A DNA stretch of 64,000 nt from Desulfurococcales archaeon (GCA_023255955.1 JAGDWD010000007.1:71929-135928); one strand, 5' to 3'. Shown: positions 44,842-54,978, numbered from the stretch's first letter. Notes: generated from the sequence alone by a model not told the origin. Numbers and translations are program-made.

Positions 44842-46488
44842 ATGGCTCCTTATCTTTATAGGTTGAACGTAGAGAAACCCTCTAAAGCTTATAATCTCCT
44901 AGACGTAGTCTTCAACAGGCACACAGAAATCATGGCAGACGACTCCATGAAGGGTTTCGTAAGGACGGTTGGAGAGGAGGTCCTGGTTCCAGATAGTACT
45001 GTAGTATATAATGGTGTTTTAAGGAGGCTCATACTAGATAATAGCATTAGCGGGACCATAGTAATACCGAGAGAGCTCGTGCAGTACTTCGATGCTCTGA
45101 GTAAAGAGGGTAAGTCTCTTGGAATAGTAGCAATAGAGGAGCTTAGACTCATAAGAAGCCTCGCCGAGAAACGAGGTATCGAGATAAGGATTTCTACTCT
45201 TGGAAGAAGATACGACGACATAGATGTAGCTATTAGGGAGTACGCTCACGAGAATGGCTACACCCTCATAACTTCCTCTAGAACACAGAAGCTCTCCGCA
45301 GAGATAATTGGTGTTAAGGTGCTCTTTAGGGAACCGGAGAGGATTCAGCTCAAGGAGCTCGAGAAGTACTTTACTAAGGACGTAATGAGTGTGCACCTTA
45401 AGGAGGGTGCCCCACCTCAAGTTAAGAGGGGGCGTCCCGGTAGATGGGTATTAGAAAAAGTATCTGATATTCCGATCACCAGGGAGGAGTTAGAGGCTCT
45501 AGCAGAGGAAATTCTGGAGGCTGCTAAGACCTTACCTGATGCTGTAGTGGAGATAGAGAGGCCTGGATCGACAATAATCCAGCTAGGTGACTACAGGATA
45601 ATAATTACTAGGCCCCCAATGAGTAGCGGCTGGGAAATAACAGCTGTCAGGCCATTGGTTAGACCTAAACTCGAAGATTACGGTCTACCTGAAAAGCTCT
45701 TAGCAAGACTCGAGGAGAGAGCTGAAGGTATAGTAATAGCTGGAGCTCCAGGTATGGGTAAGACGACGTTTGCTCAGGCGCTAGCAGAGTACTACTCGCG
45801 AAAGGGTAAGATAGTCAAGACTGTTGAGTCTCCGAGAGATATGAAGCTACCTCCAACTGTAACTCAGTACTCTAAAGTGTATGCGTCTCCCGAGGAACTC
45901 CACGATATTCTCTTACTGAGTAGACCTGACTACACTATCTTCGATGAGATGCGTAATGATGAGGACTTCAAGCTCTACGTAGATCTAAGGTTAGCAGGCA
46001 TCGGGATGGTTGGTGTAGTCCACGCGTCCTCACCTATTGACGCTATACAGAGATTCATTGGGAGAGTAGATGTTGGTATGTTACCGTCAGTCGTAGATAC
46101 ATTAATATTCATAGATTCCGGTGAGGTTAAGAAGGTATACGGACTCGATATCACAGTCAAGTTACCGACTGGGCTGAGGGAAGCCGACCTAGCTAGACCT
46201 GTAGTTGAGGTGAGGGATGCTCTTACCGGAGAACTTGAGTATGAGATATACACGTTTGGTGAGCAGACAACCGTGGTGCCGGTTAAGAAGGTCTTCACCA
46301 CTCACATCAAGAAGAGTGTTGAGGCGGTGGTGAGGGCTTACATCCCTTCAGCTAAAGTAGTTTACGAAGGTAATAACGTGGTTATCAGTATTCCTAGGGA
46401 GGAAGCTAAAAGCTTGAGTAAGCTGAGGAGGAGGATTAAAAAACTGAGAGACGAGTTAGGTGTCGATGTTTCAATAGAGATAACTTAG
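44842..46488 (+). CDS. PIN-domain / P-loop ATPase / KH-domain protein (PINA-type ATPase)
   Basis: An N-terminal PIN-like region, Walker A (IAGAPGMGKTT), Walker B (YTIFDEMR) and a C-terminal KH-like region are present. Confidence 0.75.
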   Translation: MAPYLYRLNVEKPSKAYNLLDVVFNRHTEIMADDSMKGFVRTVGEEVLVPDSTVVYNGVLRRLILDNSISGTIVIPRELVQYFDALSKEGKSLGIVAIEELRLIRSLAEKRGIEIRISTLGRRYDDIDVAIREYAHENGYTLITSSRTQKLSAEIIGVKVLFREPERIQLKELEKYFTKDVMSVHLKEGAPPQVKRGRPGRWVLEKVSDIPITREELEALAEEILEAAKTLPDAVVEIERPGSTIIQLGDYRIIITRPPMSSGWEITAVRPLVRPKLEDYGLPEKLLARLEERAEGIVIAGAPGMGKTTFAQALAEYYSRKGKIVKTVESPRDMKLPPTVTQYSKVYASPEELHDILLLSRPDYTIFDEMRNDEDFKLYVDLRLAGIGMVGVVHASSPIDAIQRFIGRVDVGMLPSVVDTLIFIDSGEVKKVYGLDITVKLPTGLREADLARPVVEVRDALTGELEYEIYTFGEQTTVVPVKKVFTTHIKKSVEAVVRAYIPSAKVVYEGNNVVISIPREEAKSLSKLRRRIKKLRDELGVDVSIEIT

Positions 46489-46511
46489 GGAGTTTACTTC
46501 AGAACCCTCCT

Positions 46512-47339
46512 CTAAATGTAGTTCGATATGAGTATTGCGAGAGTTAGGGGAGCCACTACATAGGATAGATCTACCCCCCTACTAGTAAGCTCCTTATCGA
46601 GTTCGTAGAGAATCTTCTGGTTAGTGTCAGTCAATGTGCTCAATTTGTTGTAGTCAGCTGCTGCTAGTTTAAGAAAAGTCTTAACGGCAGCTTCGTTAGG
46701 TTCGAGACCACCTGAGATCAGTCTCCCAAAGAAGGTTCCGGCTTCTAGTATACTATCAATTCTTTTGAGGAAGTAGCCTAGCTCTCTAATTCTAGTTCCT
46801 AGTGCGGACATTATGTCGCCCACGGTAATCCTCTCCGATACCACCTTACCTGGGGTTATTCCGGTTTCTGAGAGTATGAGGGAAGCCTCCCCATAGAACT
46901 GGCGGACTCCTTCAACAATCATCGATACGTCCTTAGAGTTATCTATTTCAAGGATAGATAGGAGAATTCTCCTATAGCTATTTGCGAAGGGCTTATTCCG
47001 GGAGGCGTATGCTATAGCTATACTTGACGGCACTAAAACTAGGTTAAGAGCTTGGTATGCTCTAGCCCCAAGACGTCTGTAGGATTTAGCTAGGGAGTTA
47101 TGGATTAGGCGGCCTATACCCGATGTTAACAGGGTTTCTTTCCCCGCACTCACGCTGAGACCTGCATCAAAAGCCTGGCTATACACCTCGAGAGAGGACG
47201 TCACAGTGAAGATGATGTGGTCTAGGTCTTTGAATCTAGTAGAGAATCTATGGGGAGCAGCAGGTTTAACATATGAGTATGTAGCTATGTTGACGGCCTC
47301 TACCAGCTTTGCTACGTAGTCGAGCGACAGAGTGATCAT
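46512..47339 (-). CDS. CitG/MdcB-like (triphosphoribosyl-dephospho-CoA synthase family-like) protein
   Basis: The product is a 275-aa helical protein with weak family resemblance only. Confidence 0.4.
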   Translation of the reverse strand: MITLSLDYVAKLVEAVNIATYSYVKPAAPHRFSTRFKDLDHIIFTVTSSLEVYSQAFDAGLSVSAGKETLLTSGIGRLIHNSLAKSYRRLGARAYQALNLVLVPSSIAIAYASRNKPFANSYRRILLSILEIDNSKDVSMIVEGVRQFYGEASLILSETGITPGKVVSERITVGDIMSALGTRIRELGYFLKRIDSILEAGTFFGRLISGGLEPNEAAVKTFLKLAAADYNKLSTLTDTNQKILYELDKELTSRGVDLSYVVAPLTLAILISNYI

Positions 47340-47435
47340 CCAAGTGTTTATAGTACCCAGCTAAATTAGCCCAAATAGCTGGTTAAGTGCTGTTTGATCT
47401 ATGTTAGAAGTCGGGTATCCCATACCTACCCTAAG

Positions 47436-47480
47436 TTCATAGCTGAAAGCCCGGTCTTTGGGGTGGGATGAGGTTACTAA
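47436..47480 (+). repeat. Dispersed hairpin element, copy e
   Basis: Sequence: TTCATAGCTGAAAGCCCGGTCTTTGGGGTGGGATGAGGTTACTAA. The stem is 47450-47456/47461-47467. Its 3' end overlaps the stop codon of the opposite-strand gene. Confidence 0.5.
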
Positions 47481-49051
47481 CCTTCTAGTTCGAGGCTAGC
47501 CTTCATCTTTCCAACGAGCTTGGATATGAATAACGCTCTGACCGAGTTATATATTTTTTCTGATATCTCCTCAACACTTGACACATCAACCTCTATGAAT
47601 AACCTGATTATACTGTTGACTGGTACAATACCTATGAGACCGTTTAGTGAGATTCCCCACATTTCCCTATAAGCTACGCGGAAGTACACCACAGCCTCAC
47701 GATCCCAGCGTTTATCGCTGATGTTCTCAACCTCGAAGAACTCGTTGGTTTCGATGGCTTTCTTAATTACCTCTATCAACCTCGTTAAATCTCCAGCTTT
47801 CTGAGTTGGTAAAACCATCTCATACCTGTCTGGTGCTGGTGTGTAGGCTCCGTAGCTAAGGGTCCCGGTTCCCACCTCCCTTATTAGGATGATTGCTGCT
47901 ACAGCTATTGACAGCAAGCTAACTACTACTGTTACAGCAACTTGTTTTGCTGGCAGTATGAAGTATGCTAGTGTAGCAGACACTACTGTACTAAGGAGAG
48001 CTGAGACCATCATATGCATTGTTAGGGTTGCTACTATACCCCACTGGGGTAGACCTACATAACGGAGTTTATCATTTATTGCCTTAAATTCAGGTATGAG
48101 TGATCTGTAGGATATTGTTACTAGAACAGCGCAGGAGAAAATCGTGAGTAGGGCTGAGATCACCGCGTTTACTGTGACAATCTTAGCTGAACCTATTATT
48201 AGAACTGTTGATGCGTGGTAGTAGTAAATCACATCAACGCTTAACACCTCTATTACCACATTTATCACATCCCTACTCAGGGATAGGTTCTCTATCAAGA
48301 CGTCGGTAACGGGGGTCTCATCCAAGTTCAAAATCTTAACTATGGTTTCAAGATCTGAGATAAGTACCATGTCCAGTGAAGGGGTTATAGGTTCAGTCCC
48401 TATGTACCCTAAGACAGGTAGTAAGGTCTCGAGAGGCGCTATCTTCATTTTTTGTAGTGAAGGATCAGCACACTCTATCTCTAGGCTAGATATGTTTTTA
48501 GGGGGTTCTCCTTGCCCAACACAGCCGGTTATCAACGTATTTGGTTTAATATTTAACTTGCGGGCTAGAGGTCCTTCAATACCTATGACAACCCATTTAA
48601 TACCTGGTACCCCCTCTATGCGTAAGCCTCTCTCTAATGACGTTCTATATAGATATGTGATCGACGTCTCACCCTCAACTATTAAAGGTTTTAGAACTGA
48701 TTCAACCGCATGTTTATCTGCATGATCGCTCAGCTTTACTAGGACTAGGTGACCTGGTACAGCTTCACCTACCTCCTTCACAAGTTCTGTTCTTGTTTCA
48801 CCGTAAGCCATAGTAGCCATGAGAGATGCGGTTACGATGCTTGCTAGAATGAGGAACGTTGTTAAGTTTATTATCGATACCTTCAATATTCTTCCGAATA
48901 GACTTAATAGGGTCGCACTGTGTTTAACTCTCCGGATAAGAGCCTCAGGAGGTAGCTCAACAGCACCTACTCTAGATTTCAGTACATTTACGAGAGCATA
49001 GATAACTGTTATGATGTATATAGCTACGAATATGTAGAGCTCCAGGTTCAT
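47477..49051 (-). CDS. Membrane protein with FtsX-like topology (N-terminal TM helices, ~200-aa outside domain, 3-4 TM helices, soluble C-terminus)
   Basis: The call for this 524-aa product rests on its hydrophobicity pattern only. Confidence 0.5.
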   Translation of the reverse strand: MNLELYIFVAIYIITVIYALVNVLKSRVGAVELPPEALIRRVKHSATLLSLFGRILKVSIINLTTFLILASIVTASLMATMAYGETRTELVKEVGEAVPGHLVLVKLSDHADKHAVESVLKPLIVEGETSITYLYRTSLERGLRIEGVPGIKWVVIGIEGPLARKLNIKPNTLITGCVGQGEPPKNISSLEIECADPSLQKMKIAPLETLLPVLGYIGTEPITPSLDMVLISDLETIVKILNLDETPVTDVLIENLSLSRDVINVVIEVLSVDVIYYYHASTVLIIGSAKIVTVNAVISALLTIFSCAVLVTISYRSLIPEFKAINDKLRYVGLPQWGIVATLTMHMMVSALLSTVVSATLAYFILPAKQVAVTVVVSLLSIAVAAIILIREVGTGTLSYGAYTPAPDRYEMVLPTQKAGDLTRLIEVIKKAIETNEFFEVENISDKRWDREAVVYFRVAYREMWGISLNGLIGIVPVNSIIRLFIEVDVSSVEEISEKIYNSVRALFISKLVGKMKASLELEG

Positions 49052-49054
49052 AAC

Positions 49055-50791
49055 TTAGACCCCCGAAATTAGTAGATCGCTTAGGGAACATGTTATTACG
49101 GCTAGAGTGCTGCCGAAGAGGCTTAGGGAGGAGTAGATCACTAAGGACTCGTAGGTGTCCGGTCCTATACGTAGAGCTAGATATTTTAGTACGGCAGCTA
49201 CTAGGAACAGTATCCCTATGTCGGGTGTTACAGTTATCCCTACTAGTACGGCGAACGGTGAGAGACCGCTGAAGCCTGTGAACTTTATTATGATGAGTAT
49301 AAGCGCTGCTAGTACGGTACCCACGATGAGGGATTGGAGGGGGAGTGCGGTTATGTTACCGCTATACACCGAGTTCATCCAGACTATGATGGGGAGCCAC
49401 CTAACTAGCGGGAACTTCGGGGAGGTGGTCCCGTAAACTCTTAGAAGCATGTTTCCGTATGTTAGAGTGAGGGGAGCGCCTATGAGAATTCCCAACATCA
49501 TTAAGAAACCAGTGAAGGTTTGCCTAACACCTGAGTGCTTACTAAGTCTAATTACGTTCATAGATGTAGCAGCTACAAATTGTGGCATTGGTGTGCCTGT
49601 GTATGGATCTAGTAGGACGTAGGGCATAGCCTCCCTTATTCCAGAGGCAAACATTAGACCTGTAACTGCTGGTAAGGTAGATTGAGACACTATTCCGACC
49701 TCACCTACTACACGGCAAGTTAGCAGCATTATGATTATGTAGAGGAGAGCTAGAGCAGGCATGATTAAGAGGATCTTGAGCGGCTCCCTAGCTAATAACA
49801 GCGCCGGTATTATCGGGGAGAGTATGAATAGCATCCCAAGTAGAAATAGAGCTCTATGCTCCTTTATTTCCCTAATAAGAGCCAGGGAACGCGCAAGTGT
49901 TTTCCTGTACTTAGCTAGATAATACGATGCTGTAAGAACTAGGTACCCTATCAACATAGATGCTATAGATGGTGAGGCTGAGGTTGCTAGATCGTATAAG
50001 GTCATAGTTGGGAGAGGGATAACTAGCTTCAGCAGTGCTAGTAGAGGTAGAATAAACACGAACGTAATCAGACTCCCAATGCTTACACCTAGTGATGAAC
50101 CTATAGGGAGGAGCATTGCCAGGAAGAGTATGAGGGGGTCAAGTGCTAAGGCTAGGGCTGAGCCGGGAGCTAGTAGATATAACGTTCGTGTGAAGTCTAC
50201 CGAGAGGGTTTGTTGAAGTGCCACCATCTCTAGAATGAAGCCGAAGAACATTGCTAGCAATATTTTCCCAGCTTTGATCTCCCTTATCACGTTTATAACC
50301 CTCCAAGCACCTCCCCCCACTGGAAAGGTCAGCCTCTCCTCCTCAATGAAGTGATCACTGAGTGCTAAAGCTATTAAAACACCACCCGATGAAACGGCAC
50401 ATGCGAATAGGTAGAAGGTTATCGATTCAATACTTAAACCTTCGTAAACCCAGGGAGCCATGTGAACAGCTCCTGGATCTCCCCTCTCAGCAAACATTCT
50501 GTAGGTAATTAACATACCGGACGTTAGTGTGGTAGTTATGTCTATCCCAACGGAGAAAGCTACAGCAGCTATATGGGTAGCTATATCGTCGACTCGTAGG
50601 ACGAACTTCATTAGGATGAATGTTAAAACTCCGGCTACTATGGGTGAGAGCTCTGAGGTAGTGTAGCCGCTAACGGCGTAGCCGTAGCTATTAGAGAAAC
50701 TAGTTAAAGCACCAACTACACCACCAGCTACCAGAGCCTTAGCCAAATTAACTCTCTTACTGTTCATCCTATCGACCTGAGAGTCCACCAT
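49055..50791 (-). CDS. Polytopic transporter, OPT (oligopeptide transporter) superfamily-like
   Basis: The 578-aa product has about 14-16 TM helices and an OPT-like N-terminus (GGVVGALTSFSNSYGYAVSGYTTS). Confidence 0.5.
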   Translation of the reverse strand: MVDSQVDRMNSKRVNLAKALVAGGVVGALTSFSNSYGYAVSGYTTSELSPIVAGVLTFILMKFVLRVDDIATHIAAVAFSVGIDITTTLTSGMLITYRMFAERGDPGAVHMAPWVYEGLSIESITFYLFACAVSSGGVLIALALSDHFIEEERLTFPVGGGAWRVINVIREIKAGKILLAMFFGFILEMVALQQTLSVDFTRTLYLLAPGSALALALDPLILFLAMLLPIGSSLGVSIGSLITFVFILPLLALLKLVIPLPTMTLYDLATSASPSIASMLIGYLVLTASYYLAKYRKTLARSLALIREIKEHRALFLLGMLFILSPIIPALLLAREPLKILLIMPALALLYIIIMLLTCRVVGEVGIVSQSTLPAVTGLMFASGIREAMPYVLLDPYTGTPMPQFVAATSMNVIRLSKHSGVRQTFTGFLMMLGILIGAPLTLTYGNMLLRVYGTTSPKFPLVRWLPIIVWMNSVYSGNITALPLQSLIVGTVLAALILIIIKFTGFSGLSPFAVLVGITVTPDIGILFLVAAVLKYLALRIGPDTYESLVIYSSLSLFGSTLAVITCSLSDLLISGV

Positions 50792-50875
50792 AAGAATTTA
50801 GAGTAGCATTTATCTATCTTTGAGATCCTTATTACGCCTTACCAGAGCCTTAAATGATGTTTATGTATTTCTACT

Positions 50876-50889
50876 AAAAACTTAAAAGG
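50876..50889 (+). promoter_or_regulatory. TATA-like box upstream of tRNA-Pro
   Basis: AAAAACTTAAAAGG lies about 25-38 nt upstream of the tRNA 5' end. Confidence 0.35.
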
Positions 50890-50913
50890 TAGATCTAAGA
50901 ACATTAGATTTGA

Positions 50914-51004
50914 GGGGCCGTCGTCTAGCTTGGCTAGGATGCCAGCCTGGGGACAACCCCCGCCAGTACGCTGGTGGTCCCGGGTTCAAATCCCGGCGGC
51001 CCCA
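50914..51004 (+). tRNA. tRNA-Pro (anticodon GGG) with a 16-nt intron after position 37; no encoded CCA
   Basis: GGGGCCGTCGTCTAGCTTGGCTAGGATGCCAGCCTGGGG, then the intron ACAACCCCCGCCAGTA, then CGCTGGTGGTCCCGGGTTCAAATCCCGGCGGCCCCA. Confidence 0.9.
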
Positions 51005-51037
51005 CTAATACTGGTAACTATGGGTAGGGGCTAGGAT

Positions 51038-51826
51038 ATGGTGATAGTAAGTCCGGCTCTTGTAAGAAAGTTCATTGAGTCCTCAGCAACTCTAAGAAGA
51101 GCCTACGAGTTCTTGGAGGCGGATGAGGAGGTGCAGAGCTTACTGGAGATGTCAAACATAATGGCTGTTGGGAGGTTAAGATATAACGATCACGGAGTCG
51201 TTCACTCGAGGATTGTTAGCGGTGCTGCTCTTGAGATACTGGACCTACTGGTTAAAGCAGGTGTAAAACCTTCGTCTATGGAGGTCGGCATCTCCAGGAA
51301 TCTCGAGGAGAGCATGATCATAGTCCTTACCTCAGCGTACTTACATGACATAGGTAACGCGATTCACCGGGTTAACCATGAATACCTAGGTTCGTTACTT
51401 GCTAAGGACATAGTTGATAGGATGCTCTCCGATGTGATACCTCACGTTGATAGTAGGAGAAGGAGAATGATTAGACAGGAAATTCTCCACTCAATTTATG
51501 CTACCGAGACAAACACTCAGGCTTTAACTGTTGAGGCAGGGATAGTTAAGGTTGCTGACGGGACAGATATGGCTGAGGGTAGAGCACGCATTCCATACAA
51601 ACTAGGTAAAATTGATATGCACTCCGTATCAGCACTCAGTGTAAAGAGGGTTGATATATCTCCAGGTACGTCTAGGCCGGTCCTAATAGGTATCGCAATG
51701 GATAACTTCGCCGGATTATTCCAGGTAGAGGCTGTACTTAGACCTAAGATAGTGAGCACTAGGATAGCTGATTATTTTGAGGTAACTATTAGGATCGGTG
51801 ATAGAGAACTAAAGGTATTTCCTTAG
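51038..51826 (+). CDS. HD-domain metal-dependent phosphohydrolase
   Basis: HSRIV...AYLHDIGNAIHRVNHE is an H...HD signature. The product is 262 aa. Confidence 0.65.
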   Translation: MVIVSPALVRKFIESSATLRRAYEFLEADEEVQSLLEMSNIMAVGRLRYNDHGVVHSRIVSGAALEILDLLVKAGVKPSSMEVGISRNLEESMIIVLTSAYLHDIGNAIHRVNHEYLGSLLAKDIVDRMLSDVIPHVDSRRRRMIRQEILHSIYATETNTQALTVEAGIVKVADGTDMAEGRARIPYKLGKIDMHSVSALSVKRVDISPGTSRPVLIGIAMDNFAGLFQVEAVLRPKIVSTRIADYFEVTIRIGDRELKVFP

Positions 51827-51835
51827 GGGTGGCAC

Positions 51836-52597
51836 ATGAAGCCGTATCTCGTGCGGTTTATATCCAGTAGATCAGGTGCTGGTAAGACCCTAGTAGCTTC
51901 GGGAGTTGTTAAGAACTTAATAAAGAGGGGTTTCCCAGTCGGTGTCATCAAGCATGCTGCTTCTGGGATTAGCCTCGAGGAGAAGGATAGTGAGAGGTAT
52001 CTACGAAGTGGGGCGTTAGAGGTTATTGTCTCTAGTAAGGAGCTTACATTGATCTACAGCAAGGAGTTAGTTGACGATCTAGGTGAGTTAGTAAGCATAC
52101 TATCTAAGCCTCTAATCATAGCTGAAGGTTTTAAAGAGGGGAACATAGGTGATGTAGTCGTAGTAGTAAGGGAAGTTGAGGACGCTATAGGTCTGGTATC
52201 TCCAAACACCATAGCCGTGGTTGTTACGGGGAGTTATGTTATGGGTGAAGAAAGCAGGATAAGCAATATTCCGATTCTTCGAGTAGATCAGGTAGACACC
52301 TTGACAGACCTCATATTGGAGAAGGCTGTGAGACATATAGTAAGCCAGCTACCCGGCCTAAACTGCGGGCATTGCGGTTTAAGCACCTGTGAGGCCCTCG
52401 CCTTAAAGATCCTGAAAGGAGAAAAAGCATTCTGCCCCCTATTAGCGCAGGTCAGGTTAGTTGTAAATGATGTTGAAGTAGATCTAAACCCATTCGTAAG
52501 AAACTTGATAATATCGGTAATGGAGGGGCTACTCTCAGCTTTAAAGAGGGTCCCAAAAGACATAAAGAAGGTTGAGCTAAGAATAGATAAGAACTAG
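51836..52597 (+). CDS. mobB: MobB-like (molybdopterin-guanine dinucleotide biosynthesis adapter) P-loop protein fused to a Cys-rich Fe-S-type domain
   Basis: The N-terminus has SSRSGAGKTLVASGV (P-loop) and GVIKHA. The C-terminal half has NCGHCGLSTCEALA...FCP. Confidence 0.7.
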   Translation: MKPYLVRFISSRSGAGKTLVASGVVKNLIKRGFPVGVIKHAASGISLEEKDSERYLRSGALEVIVSSKELTLIYSKELVDDLGELVSILSKPLIIAEGFKEGNIGDVVVVVREVEDAIGLVSPNTIAVVVTGSYVMGEESRISNIPILRVDQVDTLTDLILEKAVRHIVSQLPGLNCGHCGLSTCEALALKILKGEKAFCPLLAQVRLVVNDVEVDLNPFVRNLIISVMEGLLSALKRVPKDIKKVELRIDKN

Positions 52598-52613
52598 AGG
52601 AATTCATCACGTT

Positions 52614-54071
52614 TTATGTAAGATCCTTAACCATGTAAGGACCGGTACCTAGCTTTACATATCCATACTTTCGGTAGTACTCCCTGGCACCAACCCCTGC
52701 TAGCACGAGAATCCTGGAGTAGTGAAACTCGTACCTAGCTATTTCCTCTGCTTCTCTGAGGAGTCTCGCTCCCCAGCCTTTATGTTGCCAGGAACGGTCT
52801 TCATGTTCTCCTACCGGAACCTGAGGACCGTACACATGGAGTTCCCTCACTATAGCTACTCTCCCCCTAACCTCAGGTCTATGTGCCCGGTCTGACGGTA
52901 TTCTAAGTCTTAATATTCCTACGACGGCTCCGAGACCGATATCCTCAGCTGATATGAATACCTCGATCCCACCACCTGCTTCATAGTACTCTTTCCGGAT
53001 CTCGATCTTCGATGGACTTACCCCACGATAGAAGGTCTGGCGACCAATCTCTCTAAACCTTATTTCCTGTATCCTTATCCCTTTAGATAGAGCTCTAGCT
53101 TCAACAAGTTCACGTAAATTACCTTTCTTAGGTCCAGCAACTATGTACTGGGCGGGAACATCTCTCTGTATCCTCATTATCCTAACCCAGCTAGGTATGT
53201 ACCTATACGCCTCCGATACCAGCTCAACTACCTCATCATCGCTGTAGGGCCTATACCGCCCCTCCTTCCACCAACCATAGAGCTCTGTATCGGGGACTAC
53301 GAGAGTTGGATATATCTTAAGCATGTCCGGCCTGAAATCCGGGTTTTCAAAGAGCTCTCTAATCATTTCTAGGTCCCTACTAGGGTCCGAGCCCGGGAGC
53401 CCTAACATTATGTGGTACCCTACTTTAAACCCACAATCCCTGAGTATTCTTGTTGCTTCGATAGTATCACGTACTGTGTGCCCCCTCCTAACGAGAGCTA
53501 GGACATCATCATATATCGATTGAACACCTATTTCAACCCTTGTAGCCCCCAGATAGAGCATCCTATCACACTGTCTCTCCTTAGCTAGGTCAGGCCTGGT
53601 CTCAAGGGTTAGAGCAACAATTCTTACCCTAGCCGTCTCATTTCTTTCCTGAGCTTCAACTACGTTAGGTGTGTGCGAGGTCTTAGGCTCAGGATACCTG
53701 TTAGCAGCATCAAATACGTTAGCTATAAACCAGTCCTGATAGTCCTCCGGTAGTGCTGTGAAAGTTCCACCCATAACGACTACCTCGACCTTACTCGGTA
53801 TCTGTCCAAGAGCTTCGTACTGTCTTAGCCTAGCTCTTACCTGCTCATACGGATCGAAGCTAGCTCTAAGCGCCCTCATCAGGGCAGGCTCCTCACCTAT
53901 GTAACTCTGAGGAGTGCCCTTATCCGGACCTCCGGGGCAGTAAATACATTTACCGTGTGGACACGGGTAAGGCTTTGTCATAACTGCTACTACGGACACT
54001 CCGGACAGCATCCTAGTAGGTTTCCTAACCGGCATCTGATAGGTTATTGCCTCACTCACCGTGTTTATCAC
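52614..54071 (-). CDS. elp3: Elp3-family radical SAM / GNAT acetyltransferase (tRNA U34 modification)
   Basis: CPHGKCIYCPGG is the radical SAM cluster motif. The C-terminus is GNAT-like (QHKGWGARLLREAE). Confidence 0.9.
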   Translation of the reverse strand: MINTVSEAITYQMPVRKPTRMLSGVSVVAVMTKPYPCPHGKCIYCPGGPDKGTPQSYIGEEPALMRALRASFDPYEQVRARLRQYEALGQIPSKVEVVVMGGTFTALPEDYQDWFIANVFDAANRYPEPKTSHTPNVVEAQERNETARVRIVALTLETRPDLAKERQCDRMLYLGATRVEIGVQSIYDDVLALVRRGHTVRDTIEATRILRDCGFKVGYHIMLGLPGSDPSRDLEMIRELFENPDFRPDMLKIYPTLVVPDTELYGWWKEGRYRPYSDDEVVELVSEAYRYIPSWVRIMRIQRDVPAQYIVAGPKKGNLRELVEARALSKGIRIQEIRFREIGRQTFYRGVSPSKIEIRKEYYEAGGGIEVFISAEDIGLGAVVGILRLRIPSDRAHRPEVRGRVAIVRELHVYGPQVPVGEHEDRSWQHKGWGARLLREAEEIARYEFHYSRILVLAGVGAREYYRKYGYVKLGTGPYMVKDLT

Positions 54072-54166
54072 GAATAACCAGCTATTTTAAGTACCTAGTA
54101 GAATTAAACAACACACTTCTGCTCGCTTCCCGGGACGGAAACCCTCAATTCATAGATATCGTAGAG

Positions 54167-54409
54167 CTACCTCCCGAACTTTACGACAGAGACACAGTTA
54201 GCACTGGAGCTCAGCACAACGTCCACCATGTCCGGGTCAATGGAGGATATAAGTATCAGTTCCTCAAGCACGTCCTTACTTAACTTAGAGACCTGCTCCA
54301 ACTGTAGCACATCTCCGCCTCCTTCGCGGCAGGTACCTACATCTATTACGAACATCCACCTAGTCCTTATGTATGTCCCTAGAGGACCTACAGCATGGGC
54401 GAACCACAT
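54167..54409 (-). CDS. Hypothetical small protein (weak call)
   Basis: The ORF is 80 aa, and overlapping ORFs exist on both strands. No motif was found. It was chosen only for its slightly more protein-like sequence. Confidence 0.2.
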   Translation of the reverse strand: MWFAHAVGPLGTYIRTRWMFVIDVGTCREGGGDVLQLEQVSKLSKDVLEELILISSIDPDMVDVVLSSSANCVSVVKFGR

Positions 54410-54525
54410 CTAATGCTTCCATAGATTAACTAGTGATAATCTTAAATAGATATCATCGTAGCTGACCTACTTAGCTTAGAGATTTGAAGTCTTAATATCG
54501 GGAATCTCAGTGAGATTCGCTAATA

Positions 54526-54641
54526 TGGTGCGGGGGGTGGGATTCGAACCCACGCAGGCCTACGCCATCGGGTCTCTCACCGCGTATCTGCTGGAAGCAG
54601 TCTTAAGCCCGACCCCTTTGACCTGGCTCGGGCACCCCCGC
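54526..54641 (-). tRNA. tRNA-Leu (anticodon UAA) with a 28-nt intron after position 37; CCA encoded
   Basis: The reverse complement is GCGGGGGTGCCCGAGCCAGGTCAAAGGGGTCGGGCTTAAG, then the intron ACTGCTTCCAGCAGATACGCGGTGAGAG, then ACCCGATGGCGTAGGCCTGCGTGGGTTCGAATCCCACCCCCCGCACCA. Confidence 0.9.
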
Positions 54642-54692
54642 ACCGTATTAGTGTTTAGATTAGGCAACTTAAAAGCGTTGAAAGAGGGCTGA

Positions 54693-54733
54693 CTATAACC
54701 GAAAGCCTCAATCTTTAGGGCTAGGATGAATTG
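54693..54733 (+). repeat. Dispersed hairpin element, copy g (preceded by a hairpin-less partial copy at 54678-54692)
   Basis: CTATAACCGAAAGCCTCAATCTTTAGGGCTAGGATGAATTG is 28/37 identical to copy a. The partial copy TTGAAAGAGGGCTGA lies just upstream. Confidence 0.55.
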
Positions 54734-54821
54734 AAGAATCATAAACTCTTTTGTTCATGGCTGTTGGTGGTGGGTTAGGAGAGCGTGGTTAAGCCCCTAG
54801 GAGGGGGTGCAGTATCGAATT

Positions 54822-54867
54822 CTCAAGGAATCCTCACCATTAATTGTGAGGAGGAGGTTAAATCAGC
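54822..54867 (+). repeat. Dispersed hairpin element, copy f
   Basis: CTCAAGGAATCCTCACCATTAATTGTGAGGAGGAGGTTAAATCAGC has stem CCTCAC/GTGAGG. It shares CCTCACCAT(A/T)AA with copy i. Confidence 0.45.
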
Positions 54868-54978
54868 CGGGGTTAGCATCTACATAATCTAGAGGTAACT
54901 AAACTAAAGTTGCTGAGAATCACTAGGTAATTTAGATCTATATTAGATGATACAGCTTAACGTAATTATGGTAATATT

